Shown: positions 19,436 through 29,492, counted from the first letter of the stretch. The stretch is 64,000 nucleotides of DNA from an uncultured delta proteobacterium (GCA_963727445.1 CAVSGI010000009.1:224001-288000), one strand, 5' to 3'. The notes: generated from the sequence alone by a model not told the origin. Numbers and translations: made by a program.

Positions 19436-20419
19436 TCAGGGCAGCCAGTCGGCGAAGAGCTCCTCGCTGCGCTGTCGGAGGCGCGCCTGGACCTCTTCGT
19501 CCAGCGCCCGGCCGTCCGGTTCGACGATCGCCTGCATGTGCAGGTAGCCGTTCGTCTCCGGGGCGTCTGGACTGACCGCGAAGTGGATCACCGGGAGCGT
19601 CGCCTGCTCGGCGCCGTTGAAGAGCAGGCGCATGACCGGATGGATCAGGGGGCGGGTCCACGTGGGCGCCTCGCGCGCGATCTCCGTCGCCATGGGGCCG
19701 GGGCACAGGGCGTGGACGGCGAGGCCGTGCTCCGCGCCCGGTGGGTGCTCAGCGGCGAAGGCGCGGAGCCAGGCCAGCATCAGCAGCTTGCTGTGCCCGT
19801 ACCACTTCGTCCCGTCGCTCAAGCCGAACGAGGGCACCCGCTCGAAGGCCTCGAGGTCGAGGGGCGGCGCCGAGCGGTGACTCTCGGAGGACACGAGGAT
19901 CACACGCGCTGGGGTTCCGTCGGGAGCGCTCGAGAAGACGCCCGCCGCGTGCAGGCGGCGCAAGAGCACGGCGTTGGCAGCGAAGTGCACGGCGAACATC
20001 TCCTCGAAGCCCTGAGGAGAGACGCGCGGGCGCGCCGCGTACATGCCCGCGTTGAGCACCAGGAGGTGGACCGGCGGGCCTTCCGCGAGCCGATCGGCGA
20101 GCTCGACCACGCGATCCAGATCGCTGAGCTCCACCCCGAGGGCGCGCGCGTCCTCGCCGCTCGTCCGACCGAGCGTCGCGGCGAGCGCCTCGGGTGGTGC
20201 GCGGCCGGTGAGGGTGAGGGCCGCGCCTCGCCGGGCGAAGTCGCGGGCGATGGCCTCGCCCAGCCCGCGGCTCGCTCCGGTGATGACCGCATGCTGGCCC
20301 TCGAGGCGAAGCTCGGGGCCCGGTCGCGGCACGTCGCGCCGCGGCCTCAGGAGATCGCGGAGCGCCGTGATCGTCGCTGCGATGGGTCCCTGGTGGGCCG
20401 TGCTCGGCTCAGTAGCCAT
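19436..20419 (-). CDS. Short-chain dehydrogenase/reductase (retinol-DH-like)
   Basis: ITGASRGLG, LNAG, VSSESH, YGHSK, LCPG. Confidence 0.92.
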   Translation of the reverse strand: MATEPSTAHQGPIAATITALRDLLRPRRDVPRPGPELRLEGQHAVITGASRGLGEAIARDFARRGAALTLTGRAPPEALAATLGRTSGEDARALGVELSDLDRVVELADRLAEGPPVHLLVLNAGMYAARPRVSPQGFEEMFAVHFAANAVLLRRLHAAGVFSSAPDGTPARVILVSSESHRSAPPLDLEAFERVPSFGLSDGTKWYGHSKLLMLAWLRAFAAEHPPGAEHGLAVHALCPGPMATEIAREAPTWTRPLIHPVMRLLFNGAEQATLPVIHFAVSPDAPETNGYLHMQAIVEPDGRALDEEVQARLRQRSEELFADWLP

Positions 20420-21650
20420 GCCGCTCCATGTAGCGCCCGAGCGCCGCGCGGACCGCCGCTTCGTCGAGCCCGAAATCGGCGAGCTGATAATGGTGACGGC
20501 CGAAGCGATCTCTTCTTCGAGCGACGGAGCTCGTCTCGTAGCGCTGCGTCGACGCGCGGACCGCCGGACCATCCGAAGCTCCTCGGACGAGCGCGCTCGC
20601 CGCCTCGCGCGGATCGTCGACCAGCACCTCGTAGTCCAGATCGACGAAGTGCTCCGGGTGTTCCTCGCGCACCGCGGCGGCACGCTCCGTGAGCCTGGCG
20701 ATCTTCGCGAGCCAGTGTCGACCGACCGCGTGCGGGTCGACCGCGTCGGAGAACACCGCTCGCCCATGCGCCACCATGCTGCAGAACGAAGGCACTGTGA
20801 CGAGCGGGTCGCGATGCGTCTGCACGATGCGCACGCCGGCGAGCTCGCGCAGCACCACGTCGAGCCATTCCATGTGGTGCGGGCTCTTGAGGATCCAATG
20901 GCGCTTGTGCGGCGAGGCCGCTTGAAGCAGCTTCAAGACGCGCACCATGTAGGCGTAGGCCGGCGCCTGGTCCTGCGCCTCGAGCCAGCGCGCGTAGCTG
21001 GGCACGTTCATGATCGCCTCGCCGGTCTGGCTCATGAAGGACAGCTCCAGGAGCAGGATGTCCTCTTCCGGTGAGTCGGCCTCTACCGGATGGATGGCGA
21101 AGAACTCGGGTGCGAGGAGCCGGAGCGCGATCTCGGCGCGGCGCGCGAGGAAGCGCCGGCGTCGATCCCCGACGTCACCCTCGAGTGGCGCGGGGTTGAG
21201 CGCTTCCCAGCTCGCGAGGGACCGGGTGTCGGGGTGGGCCGCGAGGAGCCGGTGAAGCAGCGTGGTCCCCGTGCGTTGAAGTCCCGCGATGAGCACCGGC
21301 GGCAGGAGCTCGGTGTCGAGGAGCGACGGGCTGCGCGCGAGCGCGTCCTCGATCCGCAATCGGTTGCAGAGCAGGTCCGTGAGCCGTCGTTCTTGAATGA
21401 AGCGGCCCACCGGCGTGAGGCGGGCTTCGTGGCGCATGCTCTCGAGGAGCTTCTCGAGGGCAGGAACGAAGAAGGGCTCTCCGAGATCGTGGAGGCCGGT
21501 CTCGCGCCGCGCGCGATCGATGAGCGTCCCGGCCGTCGTCTGCCGCCGCCGCCCGATGGAGAGGACGCGGTTCAGCGCACGGACCGGCCGGGGAGCGCGA
21601 GGATGATCGCTCCAGCGCGCATCGTGGCGGCGCTCGAGGAACGGTTTCAT
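20409..21650 (-). CDS. PAPS-dependent sulfotransferase (Sulfotransfer_3 type)
   Basis: 5'-PSB GLQRTGTTLLHRLL; WILKSPHH; 3'-PB THRDPLVTVPS; own ATG overlapping the upstream TGA. Confidence 0.92.
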   Translation of the reverse strand: MKPFLERRHDARWSDHPRAPRPVRALNRVLSIGRRRQTTAGTLIDRARRETGLHDLGEPFFVPALEKLLESMRHEARLTPVGRFIQERRLTDLLCNRLRIEDALARSPSLLDTELLPPVLIAGLQRTGTTLLHRLLAAHPDTRSLASWEALNPAPLEGDVGDRRRRFLARRAEIALRLLAPEFFAIHPVEADSPEEDILLLELSFMSQTGEAIMNVPSYARWLEAQDQAPAYAYMVRVLKLLQAASPHKRHWILKSPHHMEWLDVVLRELAGVRIVQTHRDPLVTVPSFCSMVAHGRAVFSDAVDPHAVGRHWLAKIARLTERAAAVREEHPEHFVDLDYEVLVDDPREAASALVRGASDGPAVRASTQRYETSSVARRRDRFGRHHYQLADFGLDEAAVRAALGRYMERHGY

Positions 21651-22856
21651 GCGCCCTGGCTGGCGGCCACGATCCGGTCCAGCTCCTCGTCGCTGACGAC
21701 GCGCGCATCGGGTCTGGGATGCTCGTCGGCGCGGATCCAACGGAAGGTCATGGTCCCCTCGGTGTGATGCGCCGTGTCGATCCAGTTCGGGTGGCCCGGG
21801 TCGCGGTGGGCGACGATGATCGCACGAGGTACCGTCGCTCTCGAGCACGGCGCTCGCCTTGTTCACGTGGATGCGGTGGTAGCGATAGTCGAGAGACTCG
21901 AGCCAGTAGTTGTTGAGCTGGAAGTTCCAGTGCTCGCACTCCGGGATCCGCGTACGGATGACGAGGCTCTGTCCCGGCGGGAGGTTCCAGTAGCTGTGGT
22001 AGTAGCGGATGTTCGGATCGCCGCCGGCAGCGTTCGACTTCTCGACATCGAAAAGAGGGAGCTCGTTCGCGTGTTCCTTCCACTCGTCCGCCCACTTGGC
22101 GAAGAGCATCGACGCACCCGCGACCAGCGTACCGGCCTGCTTCAATCCGTCGTCGAGGCGCTCGGGAGTCAGCGGTCCAGGAGGCGGCGCGTCTTCATCC
22201 AGCGGATCGATGCGCAGCGTAGCGGCCGTCTCTCTCTCGCGGTCGAGGAAGGTCTGGCGCACGATGAGCGTGCCCGTCTCTTCGGTCATGGGCAGCCAGT
22301 TCCCTTCGTGCTCCTCCGCGCTGAGGATCAGCTCGAAGCTTCCGTCGTCGGCGATCTCCAGCTCGGATGCCTCGACGTAGCCAGTGGGCGGCATCCCGCC
22401 GGACTGGCCGTAGTGGCCGACCTGGGTGCCGAAGCCGAGGTACTTCACGGTGCCGCGCTGACCGTGGAGCCGATAGGACCGGCGCCCGTCGAGGCTCGCG
22501 TGAAGGTACTGGTTGTCCGGGTTGTCCGAGCCCATCTTGATCGTCTCGTGGACCACGTGGCGCAGCGTCGGGCGCTCCGGATCCGCGTGCTCGACGAAGG
22601 CCTCGAGCCCCGCGCGGGCGAGGCGGCTCAGATAGCGATAGCCCTCGGCCTGCTGGAAGGGATCGCGCGGCGCACCACCATGGTTCAGCGCTGCCCCCGC
22701 TGCCTTGAGCGTGTCGCAGAACTCCTCCCAGCTCTTGCCGCTGACGACGCGCTCGGCGGCTGCCGATTCGGGCGTCTGCCCCCGCACCTTCAGCAGGAAG
22801 AGGTTCCAGCGACGATAGGCGTCGAGCGCCCCGACCACGACCTTACGCAAGCTCAC
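21647..22856 (-). CDS. DUF1214-domain protein, interrupted by an apparent +1 frameshift at about 21821-21830
   Basis: AEGYRYLSR, DNPDNQY, WNFQLNNYWLESLDY; the expected tail IIVAHRDPGHPNWIDT..GTMTFRW lies in another frame and ends at TGA 21647. Confidence 0.85.
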
Positions 22857-23361
22857 CTCCGTGGACCTCGACCAGCCCGCGGCAGACGGCGTCGAAGCCC
22901 GCTTGCATCCCGCGTCCGTAGAGAGCCCTCACGACGGGCGTGAGCATACCGGTGAGGACGTCGTCGGTGCGATAGAGAGTCCGCTCCTCGTCGAGCGCGA
23001 CGAGCCACTGGGAGCGATTGGCCATCAAGAAGGGTCCCATCGTCATACCCCAGCAGAGGCGCCGCTCGGCGACGATCGAGTGCATGTGCTCCACGCGCCG
23101 TATCGGGCGGCGGTCCGGGAAACAGACGCGCATGTTCACTTCGGCGCCTTCGCGGAGCGTGGTGCGTACTTCGGGTGTGAATGCGTTCCACCGCGCATAG
23201 TCGTCGAACGCGGTGAGCGTCGCCCAGACAGCGGCGGGCGGCGCCGAGAGCACAGCCTGGCTCCGTACGGCGAATCGAAAAGGCCCCGTCCCCCGATACG
23301 CATGCTGCGGCGGTAGCCCGGCGTCGCCGTCGAGCGAGGCGAGACGACTGTCGGCAGCCAT
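22843..23361 (-). CDS. SRPBCC/START-fold (polyketide cyclase-like) protein
   Basis: APPAAVWATLTAFDDYARWNAF, RRLCW, C-terminal helix. Confidence 0.85.
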   Translation of the reverse strand: MAADSRLASLDGDAGLPPQHAYRGTGPFRFAVRSQAVLSAPPAAVWATLTAFDDYARWNAFTPEVRTTLREGAEVNMRVCFPDRRPIRRVEHMHSIVAERRLCWGMTMGPFLMANRSQWLVALDEERTLYRTDDVLTGMLTPVVRALYGRGMQAGFDAVCRGLVEVHGGELA

Positions 23362-23379
23362 GGAAGGGCCGAGGATAGC

Positions 23380-23949
23380 TCAGCCCCGGGCGCTTCGATT
23401 GACGAGCACCTGATAACGGCGGTGAGGCGAGAGCACGCTGTCGTCCTCGCCTTCGCTTTGGAGCGCGTTGGCGCGGGTCAGCTGTCGGCTCGGGGTACAG
23501 CAGGCGAGGGTGAATGCCGCGTTCCATCGAAGGCGGCTCAGAACGTCGTCGACGTCGACGTGCGCGTGGACGAAGGTCACGAAGGTGGGCATCTCCGGCA
23601 AGGCGTTCAGCGCGTCCGCCGCGTCGTGGACGGACTCCTTGCGATATGTCAGCCGGCGCACCCCGAAGCGCTCGCGCCACCGGGACACCAGCGTCTCGTT
23701 GATCAGCGGGTCGACGCTGATGTTCTCGGCCTGTGTCTTGAGCGCGAAGAGGGCCGCGGTGCGGGCGTGGGCGCCGTCGCCGACGTGGATGACGCGAAAG
23801 CGCGGCTCCGGCAGATGCGGACGGAGATGGACCAGCGCCGAGAAGCTCTCGGTCATCTCTTTCGCGGGCTTGGTCGCGTTGGCGAAGAGTGGCCACAGCG
23901 CCTCGAACGACTGACGCCGCATGAGCCGATCGATGTAGGCGCCGTTCAT
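23380..23949 (-). CDS. Hypothetical protein, possible class I SAM-methyltransferase-like fold
   Basis: VIHVGDG..RT, ISVDP, FVHAH, LACC. Confidence 0.6.
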   Translation of the reverse strand: MNGAYIDRLMRRQSFEALWPLFANATKPAKEMTESFSALVHLRPHLPEPRFRVIHVGDGAHARTAALFALKTQAENISVDPLINETLVSRWRERFGVRRLTYRKESVHDAADALNALPEMPTFVTFVHAHVDVDDVLSRLRWNAAFTLACCTPSRQLTRANALQSEGEDDSVLSPHRRYQVLVNRSARG

Positions 23950-24099
23950 GAGTCGAGCCCGGGCGGCAGTATACTCCCCGAGGTTCGAGGAGCGGACCGC
24001 CGACGGAGACCGAAGAGCCGAGTCGAGGCCTGGGGTCGTTGGTTCCGTTTGACCACGGACCCTCCTCCGGCCAGGCTTCCCGGCTCCAAGAGGTGTCTG

Positions 24100-25077
24100 A
24101 TGGCTAGATTTTCGCTGCTTGTCCTTCTTGCACTGGCGCTCGGCGCTTGCTCTTCACGCGAAGGTACGGGGGGCCGCGGTGGCCGCGGGACCGGAGACGG
24201 CGGCGTAGCCGGGGACGGCGGCGTAGGCGGGGACGGGGGATCTGGTGACGCCTCGGGCCCGCCGCTTCGCCCCGACTGCACGGTGCAGCCCGAGAACACG
24301 CCCGAGGCGTGTTCGGACGGCGAGGACAACAACTGCAACTATCAGTACGACTGCTCGGACCCGTCCTGCTCGGGCGTCGGCGCGTGCCCGATCTGCGGCA
24401 GCGTCGACACGCCTCTCGGCTCGCCCCTGGCTCTTCCAGACGGCGTGGGTGACATCACCTGCGCGACGGACGCGGACTGCCCCGGCACCCAGCACTGCTT
24501 CACCATCGACGGCCTCTTTGGTCCGTCCATGGAGTGTCGCGAGTCCTACCGCTCGACCCTCTCCTTCATCGGGTTCGGCGGGGCCACCTTCAACTCGCCG
24601 AGCGACATCACTTCGCTCTGCGTCACGATGGAGCACTCCTGGATCCGCGACCTCGAAATCGCGCTCGAGGCGCCCAACGGCTCCAAGATCCGGCTTCAGC
24701 GCTTCCTCGGTCAGGAAGGCGACGAGATCTACCTCGGCGAGGCGAACGACTGTGACAGCGAGGGATCGCCGTCGCCGGGGACGGGCGCCACCTATTGCTG
24801 GACGCCCACCGCGACCCGTCCTGCGATGCTCGATTACGCCAACGGTGGCGGCGCGATGGACAGCGTCGCCTCGTGTGAAGGCTACGACGTCGACGAGATG
24901 CCCCCGGGCGACTACTCCGCCGCCGAGGACTGGTCGGCCCTGGTCGGGACACCGCTCAACGGCGACTGGACCCTCTCGGTCACGGACCTGTGGCCGCTCG
25001 ACAACGGTTACATCTTCGAGTGGTCGATCTCCTTCGATCCCCACACGGTCGAGGACTGCTCGTCGCCGCTGATCTGA
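24100..25077 (+). CDS. Cys-rich lipoprotein with a proprotein-convertase P-like domain
   Basis: Lipobox LGAC; CSDGEDNNC repeat; MEHSWIRDLEIALEAPNG...NGDWTLSVTD..DNGYIFEWSISF. Confidence 0.85.
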   Translation: MARFSLLVLLALALGACSSREGTGGRGGRGTGDGGVAGDGGVGGDGGSGDASGPPLRPDCTVQPENTPEACSDGEDNNCNYQYDCSDPSCSGVGACPICGSVDTPLGSPLALPDGVGDITCATDADCPGTQHCFTIDGLFGPSMECRESYRSTLSFIGFGGATFNSPSDITSLCVTMEHSWIRDLEIALEAPNGSKIRLQRFLGQEGDEIYLGEANDCDSEGSPSPGTGATYCWTPTATRPAMLDYANGGGAMDSVASCEGYDVDEMPPGDYSAAEDWSALVGTPLNGDWTLSVTDLWPLDNGYIFEWSISFDPHTVEDCSSPLI

Positions 25078-25167
25078 GCCGCTTGGCTTCGGATCTTCGA
25101 CGCCTGAGGACGACGCGCAACCTCTGCGCTCCTCTACGCGTACTCACGATGTATGCTGGAATCGTCG

Positions 25168-27222
25168 ATGTACCGATTCCTCGTGGCGATCCCCCTGTCG
25201 CTCCTCGTCGCCTGCGACGGAGATGATGCGGTCGGGGACGCGGGGACGGCCGATTCGTCGATCTCCTTCGACGCCGCCGGTCTCGACGTCACGCCGCCCG
25301 AGCCGCCGGAGTCGGTGCTGATCACCCCCTGTCCCGAAGGTTGGTCCGAGGTGACGGGTGACGTGACCACGTGCGAGCCGTGGCCGCTCGGGGAGCCGCC
25401 CTCCTGTGCAGCGCACGAGGCGCGCTTCGTCGGCGACCCGGCGTGCGCGCGCGTGGGGACCGAGTGCCCCGCCGACGGTTGGCCTGCCGACCTGCCGAGC
25501 GCGGGCGACGTTCGCTACGTGCGAGAAGGCGGCAGCGGCGTCGGGACGCGGGATGATCCTTTCGGCACTCTCGGCGAAGCGCTGGTCGGAGCGTCCGCGA
25601 CGACCGTCGTCGCGCTCGCGGTCGGGAACCATGACGCAGCGGTCGATCTCCCCGATGGTGTCTCGGTCGTCGGCGCCTGCGTCGAAGGCACCGTCGTCAC
25701 CAGCGACGTCGCGTCCCTGGACCACGGCGTGTTCACCGTCACCGGGGCGGACGTCGAGATCCGCAATCTGCGGATCAGCGCCAGCGAGCGGGGCGGGATC
25801 ATCATGGCGGGTGAAGGTCGGTCCGCCACCGTTCGCGACGTCGTGATCGCGGATATGCGGCCGGTCGGGATCGACGTGGAGTTTGGCGCGACCCTCGACG
25901 CCGAGAACGTCGCCATCCGGCGCGTCTCGACGACCACCACGGGGCAATTCGGCCGAGGGATCACCGTGGAGAACGGGGCGACCGCGAACCTGCGCCGCGT
26001 GGACGTCGAGGACACGGTGGAGTTCGGGATCATCGCGCTCGAGGCGACGGTCACGCTCGAAGACGTCTGGGTCGCCCGGACCGAGGCGCTGCCGACGGGT
26101 GTCGCGGGGCCCGGCGTCGTCGCCTGGCGGTCGGGCAGCGTCAGCGGACAGCGTGTGGTGATCGACGAGAGCACGGACGTGGGGCTCGGCGGAAACGCCG
26201 GAGACATCGATCTCGAGCTCGCGCTCATCCGCGGCACGCGATCCCGACCGATGGAGATGGATCACGGGCGGGGGATCAACGTGGAGGTGGGAACGCAGCT
26301 CGATTGTCGCCGCTGCGTCGTCGAAGACAACGGCGAGTTCGGCATCTTCATCGATGGTGACGGCACCGTCGTGACGCTGAGCCATCTCGTGGTGCGACGA
26401 ACTCACACCGTGTTGGACGGCACGTTCGGACGCGGCATCACCTTGCAGAACGCTGCCGAGGTCGACGTCTCACACGCGCTGCTGGTCGACAACGGAGAAG
26501 TCGGCGTTCTCGCCGGTGGGCCCGTCCCGGCCCACGCAGTCCTGAGCGACATCACCATCCTCCGGATGCAAGAAGCGCCTCGAACGCACATCGGACGCGC
26601 CTTCTCGGTCCAGAACGGCTCGCAGATTCGTGTCGATCGGGGGCTGCTGACGGACCTTCGGGAATCCGCCGTGTTGGTCGGCGATCCGGGATCCAAGATC
26701 ACGCTGAACGATCTGAGGATAGAGGACGTGGCGCCGGTCGAAGCGACCATCGCGGGCGGGCGGGGGATCGTGGTCCAGCAGGGAGGCGCCGCCGAGCTGA
26801 ACCGCGTGGCGATCGCGCGGGTGAACGAGCTCGGCGTTTCCGCCCTCCAGGACGCGGCCTCCGTGACGGCCTCGGATCTGGTGATCGATCACGTGGCGGA
26901 GCTCGCGTGCGAGACCGGGGTCTTCTGCGAAAACGCACCCGGAGGTCATGGCGTCGCCGCTTACGCGACCGCCACCGTGAGCCTCACGCGATTCCGGTTG
27001 ATCGCGGCTCAGATCTGCGGCGTTCACGTCGCGGCGGACGGGACGCTCCACCTGAGCCAGGGCCAGGTCTCCGGCAGCGCGATCGGCGCATGCGTCCAGA
27101 GCGACGCGCAGAGCCTCGCCGATCTTCAGGACGAGGTCGCCTACATCGACAATGGGCGCTCGCTCGACTCCACGAGCTTGCCGGTCCCCGAGCCGCTGAG
27201 TCGGCCGATGGACCCGATGTAG
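25168..27222 (+). CDS. Lipoprotein with right-handed parallel beta-helix repeats
   Basis: Lipobox LVAC; GTRDDPFGTL; recurring GRGIxV..G units. Confidence 0.85.
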   Translation: MYRFLVAIPLSLLVACDGDDAVGDAGTADSSISFDAAGLDVTPPEPPESVLITPCPEGWSEVTGDVTTCEPWPLGEPPSCAAHEARFVGDPACARVGTECPADGWPADLPSAGDVRYVREGGSGVGTRDDPFGTLGEALVGASATTVVALAVGNHDAAVDLPDGVSVVGACVEGTVVTSDVASLDHGVFTVTGADVEIRNLRISASERGGIIMAGEGRSATVRDVVIADMRPVGIDVEFGATLDAENVAIRRVSTTTTGQFGRGITVENGATANLRRVDVEDTVEFGIIALEATVTLEDVWVARTEALPTGVAGPGVVAWRSGSVSGQRVVIDESTDVGLGGNAGDIDLELALIRGTRSRPMEMDHGRGINVEVGTQLDCRRCVVEDNGEFGIFIDGDGTVVTLSHLVVRRTHTVLDGTFGRGITLQNAAEVDVSHALLVDNGEVGVLAGGPVPAHAVLSDITILRMQEAPRTHIGRAFSVQNGSQIRVDRGLLTDLRESAVLVGDPGSKITLNDLRIEDVAPVEATIAGGRGIVVQQGGAAELNRVAIARVNELGVSALQDAASVTASDLVIDHVAELACETGVFCENAPGGHGVAAYATATVSLTRFRLIAAQICGVHVAADGTLHLSQGQVSGSAIGACVQSDAQSLADLQDEVAYIDNGRSLDSTSLPVPEPLSRPMDPM

Positions 27223-27264
27223 GCAGAGCTTCCCGAACCATCTCGCCAGCGCGTACCATCGGGC

Positions 27265-27852
27265 ATGTACGTGCGAGCCGCGGCCCTCCTCGTCTTGTCG
27301 GTGACGATTTGTTGTGGTGGTGCTGCGTCCACCCGGGAGGAACCCGAGGTCCGGCCCGTCGCCTCGGGTGAGCATGGCGGTGAGTCGGAGGCGCCCGTCG
27401 CGGAGTCCACTGCTGACGAGACACCCGCCATGGACCGGGTCAGCAAGTCCGAGCTCGCGCGTCGCGTCTTCGAGGCCGTCCAGGCCCACGACTTCGAGAG
27501 CTACAGGCAATACGCACCTCGGCCCGAGGACCTGATCGCAGCGCTACCGAATCTGACGGATGAGCGCGCCGGCGCCCTGCACGCCGAGATGATGGCGCAA
27601 CAGCAGATGATGTTCGAAGAAGCGATCGCCCGAGGAGAGCACGAGGGCATCGTCTGGGTCGACGCGATTTTTCGTGAGGCGCAACAGAACGGATCCGAGC
27701 GTCGCCCCAACATCTTCATCGTATTCGAGCACGGAGGCGAGCCCTACTCCATGAAGATGGACGACTGCATCGAGACGGAGCGCGGCTGGGTCGTCGGCGA
27801 CTACCTCGCTACCCCGCAGCACGGTGAGTCGCGCCGCGATCCGGTGGACTGA
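27265..27852 (+). CDS. Hypothetical lipoprotein
   Basis: Signal ending TICC; acidic linker. Confidence 0.7.
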   Translation: MYVRAAALLVLSVTICCGGAASTREEPEVRPVASGEHGGESEAPVAESTADETPAMDRVSKSELARRVFEAVQAHDFESYRQYAPRPEDLIAALPNLTDERAGALHAEMMAQQQMMFEEAIARGEHEGIVWVDAIFREAQQNGSERRPNIFIVFEHGGEPYSMKMDDCIETERGWVVGDYLATPQHGESRRDPVD

Positions 27853-27855
27853 ACG

Positions 27856-29454
27856 CTACGGCGGCAGCTCGCAGATGAAAGGTCGACTGTCGTTGCAGCG
27901 CTTGGATCTCCATCTGTCATCGTAGCGGGAGAAGTTCGCGCAGTCGTAGGAGGAGGAGCTCTCCCAGTTGGTGAAGGTCGGCGTCGACCCGTCTACGACC
28001 CACACGAAGGCTCCCGCACCGTTGCGTTGGAGACCGATCCACCATTCGGCGTTGTCCACGATGTTGGCTTGCGTGTAGACCCAGCTGTTCTCGCCAGCCG
28101 TCTCCAAGGCGACCATGTCATAGCCATACGACTGGCACACCGTCCTCGCGTTGTCGAAGGGCATCGGCGTGTCGCAGAAGAGATACGGTTCGTCGCCCAT
28201 TCGCACGAAAGCGCACGCAGGGCACGCCGCCGCCGAGTCCACGAGGCCGTCGCAGTCGTCGTCGATCCCATTGCACCGCTCGGTCATCGGCCCGCGCGCG
28301 CCGACGCAGCCGCCCCACGCGCCCGACATGCACGTCTCGGTGCCGGCCGTGCACGCGCCGACGTCCATCCCGCACGGTCGGGTCATGCCGTTGGTACAGT
28401 CGCAGCCCTCGTCGACCATGCCGTCGCAATCCTCGTCGGCCGTTCCGTCGCAGGTCTCCGCCGTGGGCATGGTCGCCCCCGCGCACGCGGCCCACGTCCC
28501 ACCCATGCACGACTGGCTCCCCGCCGCGCATGCGCCGACGTCACTCCCGCACGGGCGCGAAGAGCCCGCGGAGCACATACATCCCTCGTCGACGGTTCCG
28601 TCGCAGCTCTCGTCGACGGTTCCGTCACACGTCTCCATCGCCGGACCGACACCGCCTTCGCACGCGCCCCACATCCCCGCGTCGTCACAGGTCTCCGTCC
28701 CGGGAGAGCACGCGCCCACCGCGCTTCCGCACGGCTGCGTCTGACCGATGGTGCACTCGCATCCTTCGTCGACCATCCCGTCGCAGTCTTCGTCGTCGAC
28801 TCCGTCGCAGGTCTCCATCGCGGGCACGCATTCCTGACCCATGCAGCCGAGATCCGGATCGCAGGTCTCGCCCTCTGCACACCGGTTGTCCCGCGCGACC
28901 CGCAGGCAAGCGCCGCCGACGCACAGCCCCTGCAAGCAGACGTTCTGGTCCGACTCGCAGTCCGACGAGACGGCGCAGTCTGGCGCTCCGCAGGCGTCCA
29001 GGTTGCCCGGATGGCAGAGGGGGGTGATGCACCTGCCGCCGACGCACTCGGTGGCGGTCCGGTCACCGCCGAGCGCGGGGCATTCGACGCCGGCGCAGTC
29101 CCGAGTGATGACGACGGTGACGCCGTACGTGCCCTCGACGTCGAACTCGGTGCGCCGCGACGCGACGGTCGACCCGTCGGCCGAGAGGAGCGAGACGACG
29201 AGCTCGTGGTCACCCAGGGGCACGTCGTCGTATTCAGCGACGCGTCTCCCCGACGCGAAGTCCAGCCCTTCGGCGGCGGCCACCCCGATGGGGACGCCGT
29301 CGTCGAGCACGACGTCGGCGCTCGTGAATTCCACACCGGGCAGGTAGTCGGTGCGCAGGTCGACGACGAGGCCTGCCGGCTCCTCACTGCATGCTGCGAG
29401 CGCCACCGCGGGAGCTGCGAAGAGCAGCGCGGCGAGGGCGTGGAGGCGAGGCAT
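27856..29454 (-). CDS. Disulfide-repeat lipoprotein with a C-terminal C-type lectin domain
   Basis: Lipobox LAAC; ETCDG..DEDCDGxVDEG repeats; YLFC..ARTVC..WWIGL..FTNW..C..W...C....FICE. Confidence 0.9.
   Translation of the reverse strand: MPRLHALAALLFAAPAVALAACSEEPAGLVVDLRTDYLPGVEFTSADVVLDDGVPIGVAAAEGLDFASGRRVAEYDDVPLGDHELVVSLLSADGSTVASRRTEFDVEGTYGVTVVITRDCAGVECPALGGDRTATECVGGRCITPLCHPGNLDACGAPDCAVSSDCESDQNVCLQGLCVGGACLRVARDNRCAEGETCDPDLGCMGQECVPAMETCDGVDDEDCDGMVDEGCECTIGQTQPCGSAVGACSPGTETCDDAGMWGACEGGVGPAMETCDGTVDESCDGTVDEGCMCSAGSSRPCGSDVGACAAGSQSCMGGTWAACAGATMPTAETCDGTADEDCDGMVDEGCDCTNGMTRPCGMDVGACTAGTETCMSGAWGGCVGARGPMTERCNGIDDDCDGLVDSAAACPACAFVRMGDEPYLFCDTPMPFDNARTVCQSYGYDMVALETAGENSWVYTQANIVDNAEWWIGLQRNGAGAFVWVVDGSTPTFTNWESSSSYDCANFSRYDDRWRSKRCNDSRPFICELPP
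28240..28815 (-). repeat. Intragenic tandem repeat, period 177-180 bp, three full units plus one partial
   Basis: ETC/ERC unit starts at 28815, 28635, 28458 and 28281. Confidence 0.85.
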
Positions 29455-29492
29455 CTCGCCCAGGATACGCCACCTCGCGTCCCTGGTCAGAT

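Noticed and set aside
20409..22856. 815-aa DUF1214-sulfotransferase fusion as a novel protein
   Set aside because: Explained by a one-base frameshift; the native tail and an ATGA overlap are present in another frame
28240..28815. Possible CRISPR-like periodic repeat
   Set aside because: Period is a multiple of 3 inside a CDS, there are no unique spacers and no cas genes
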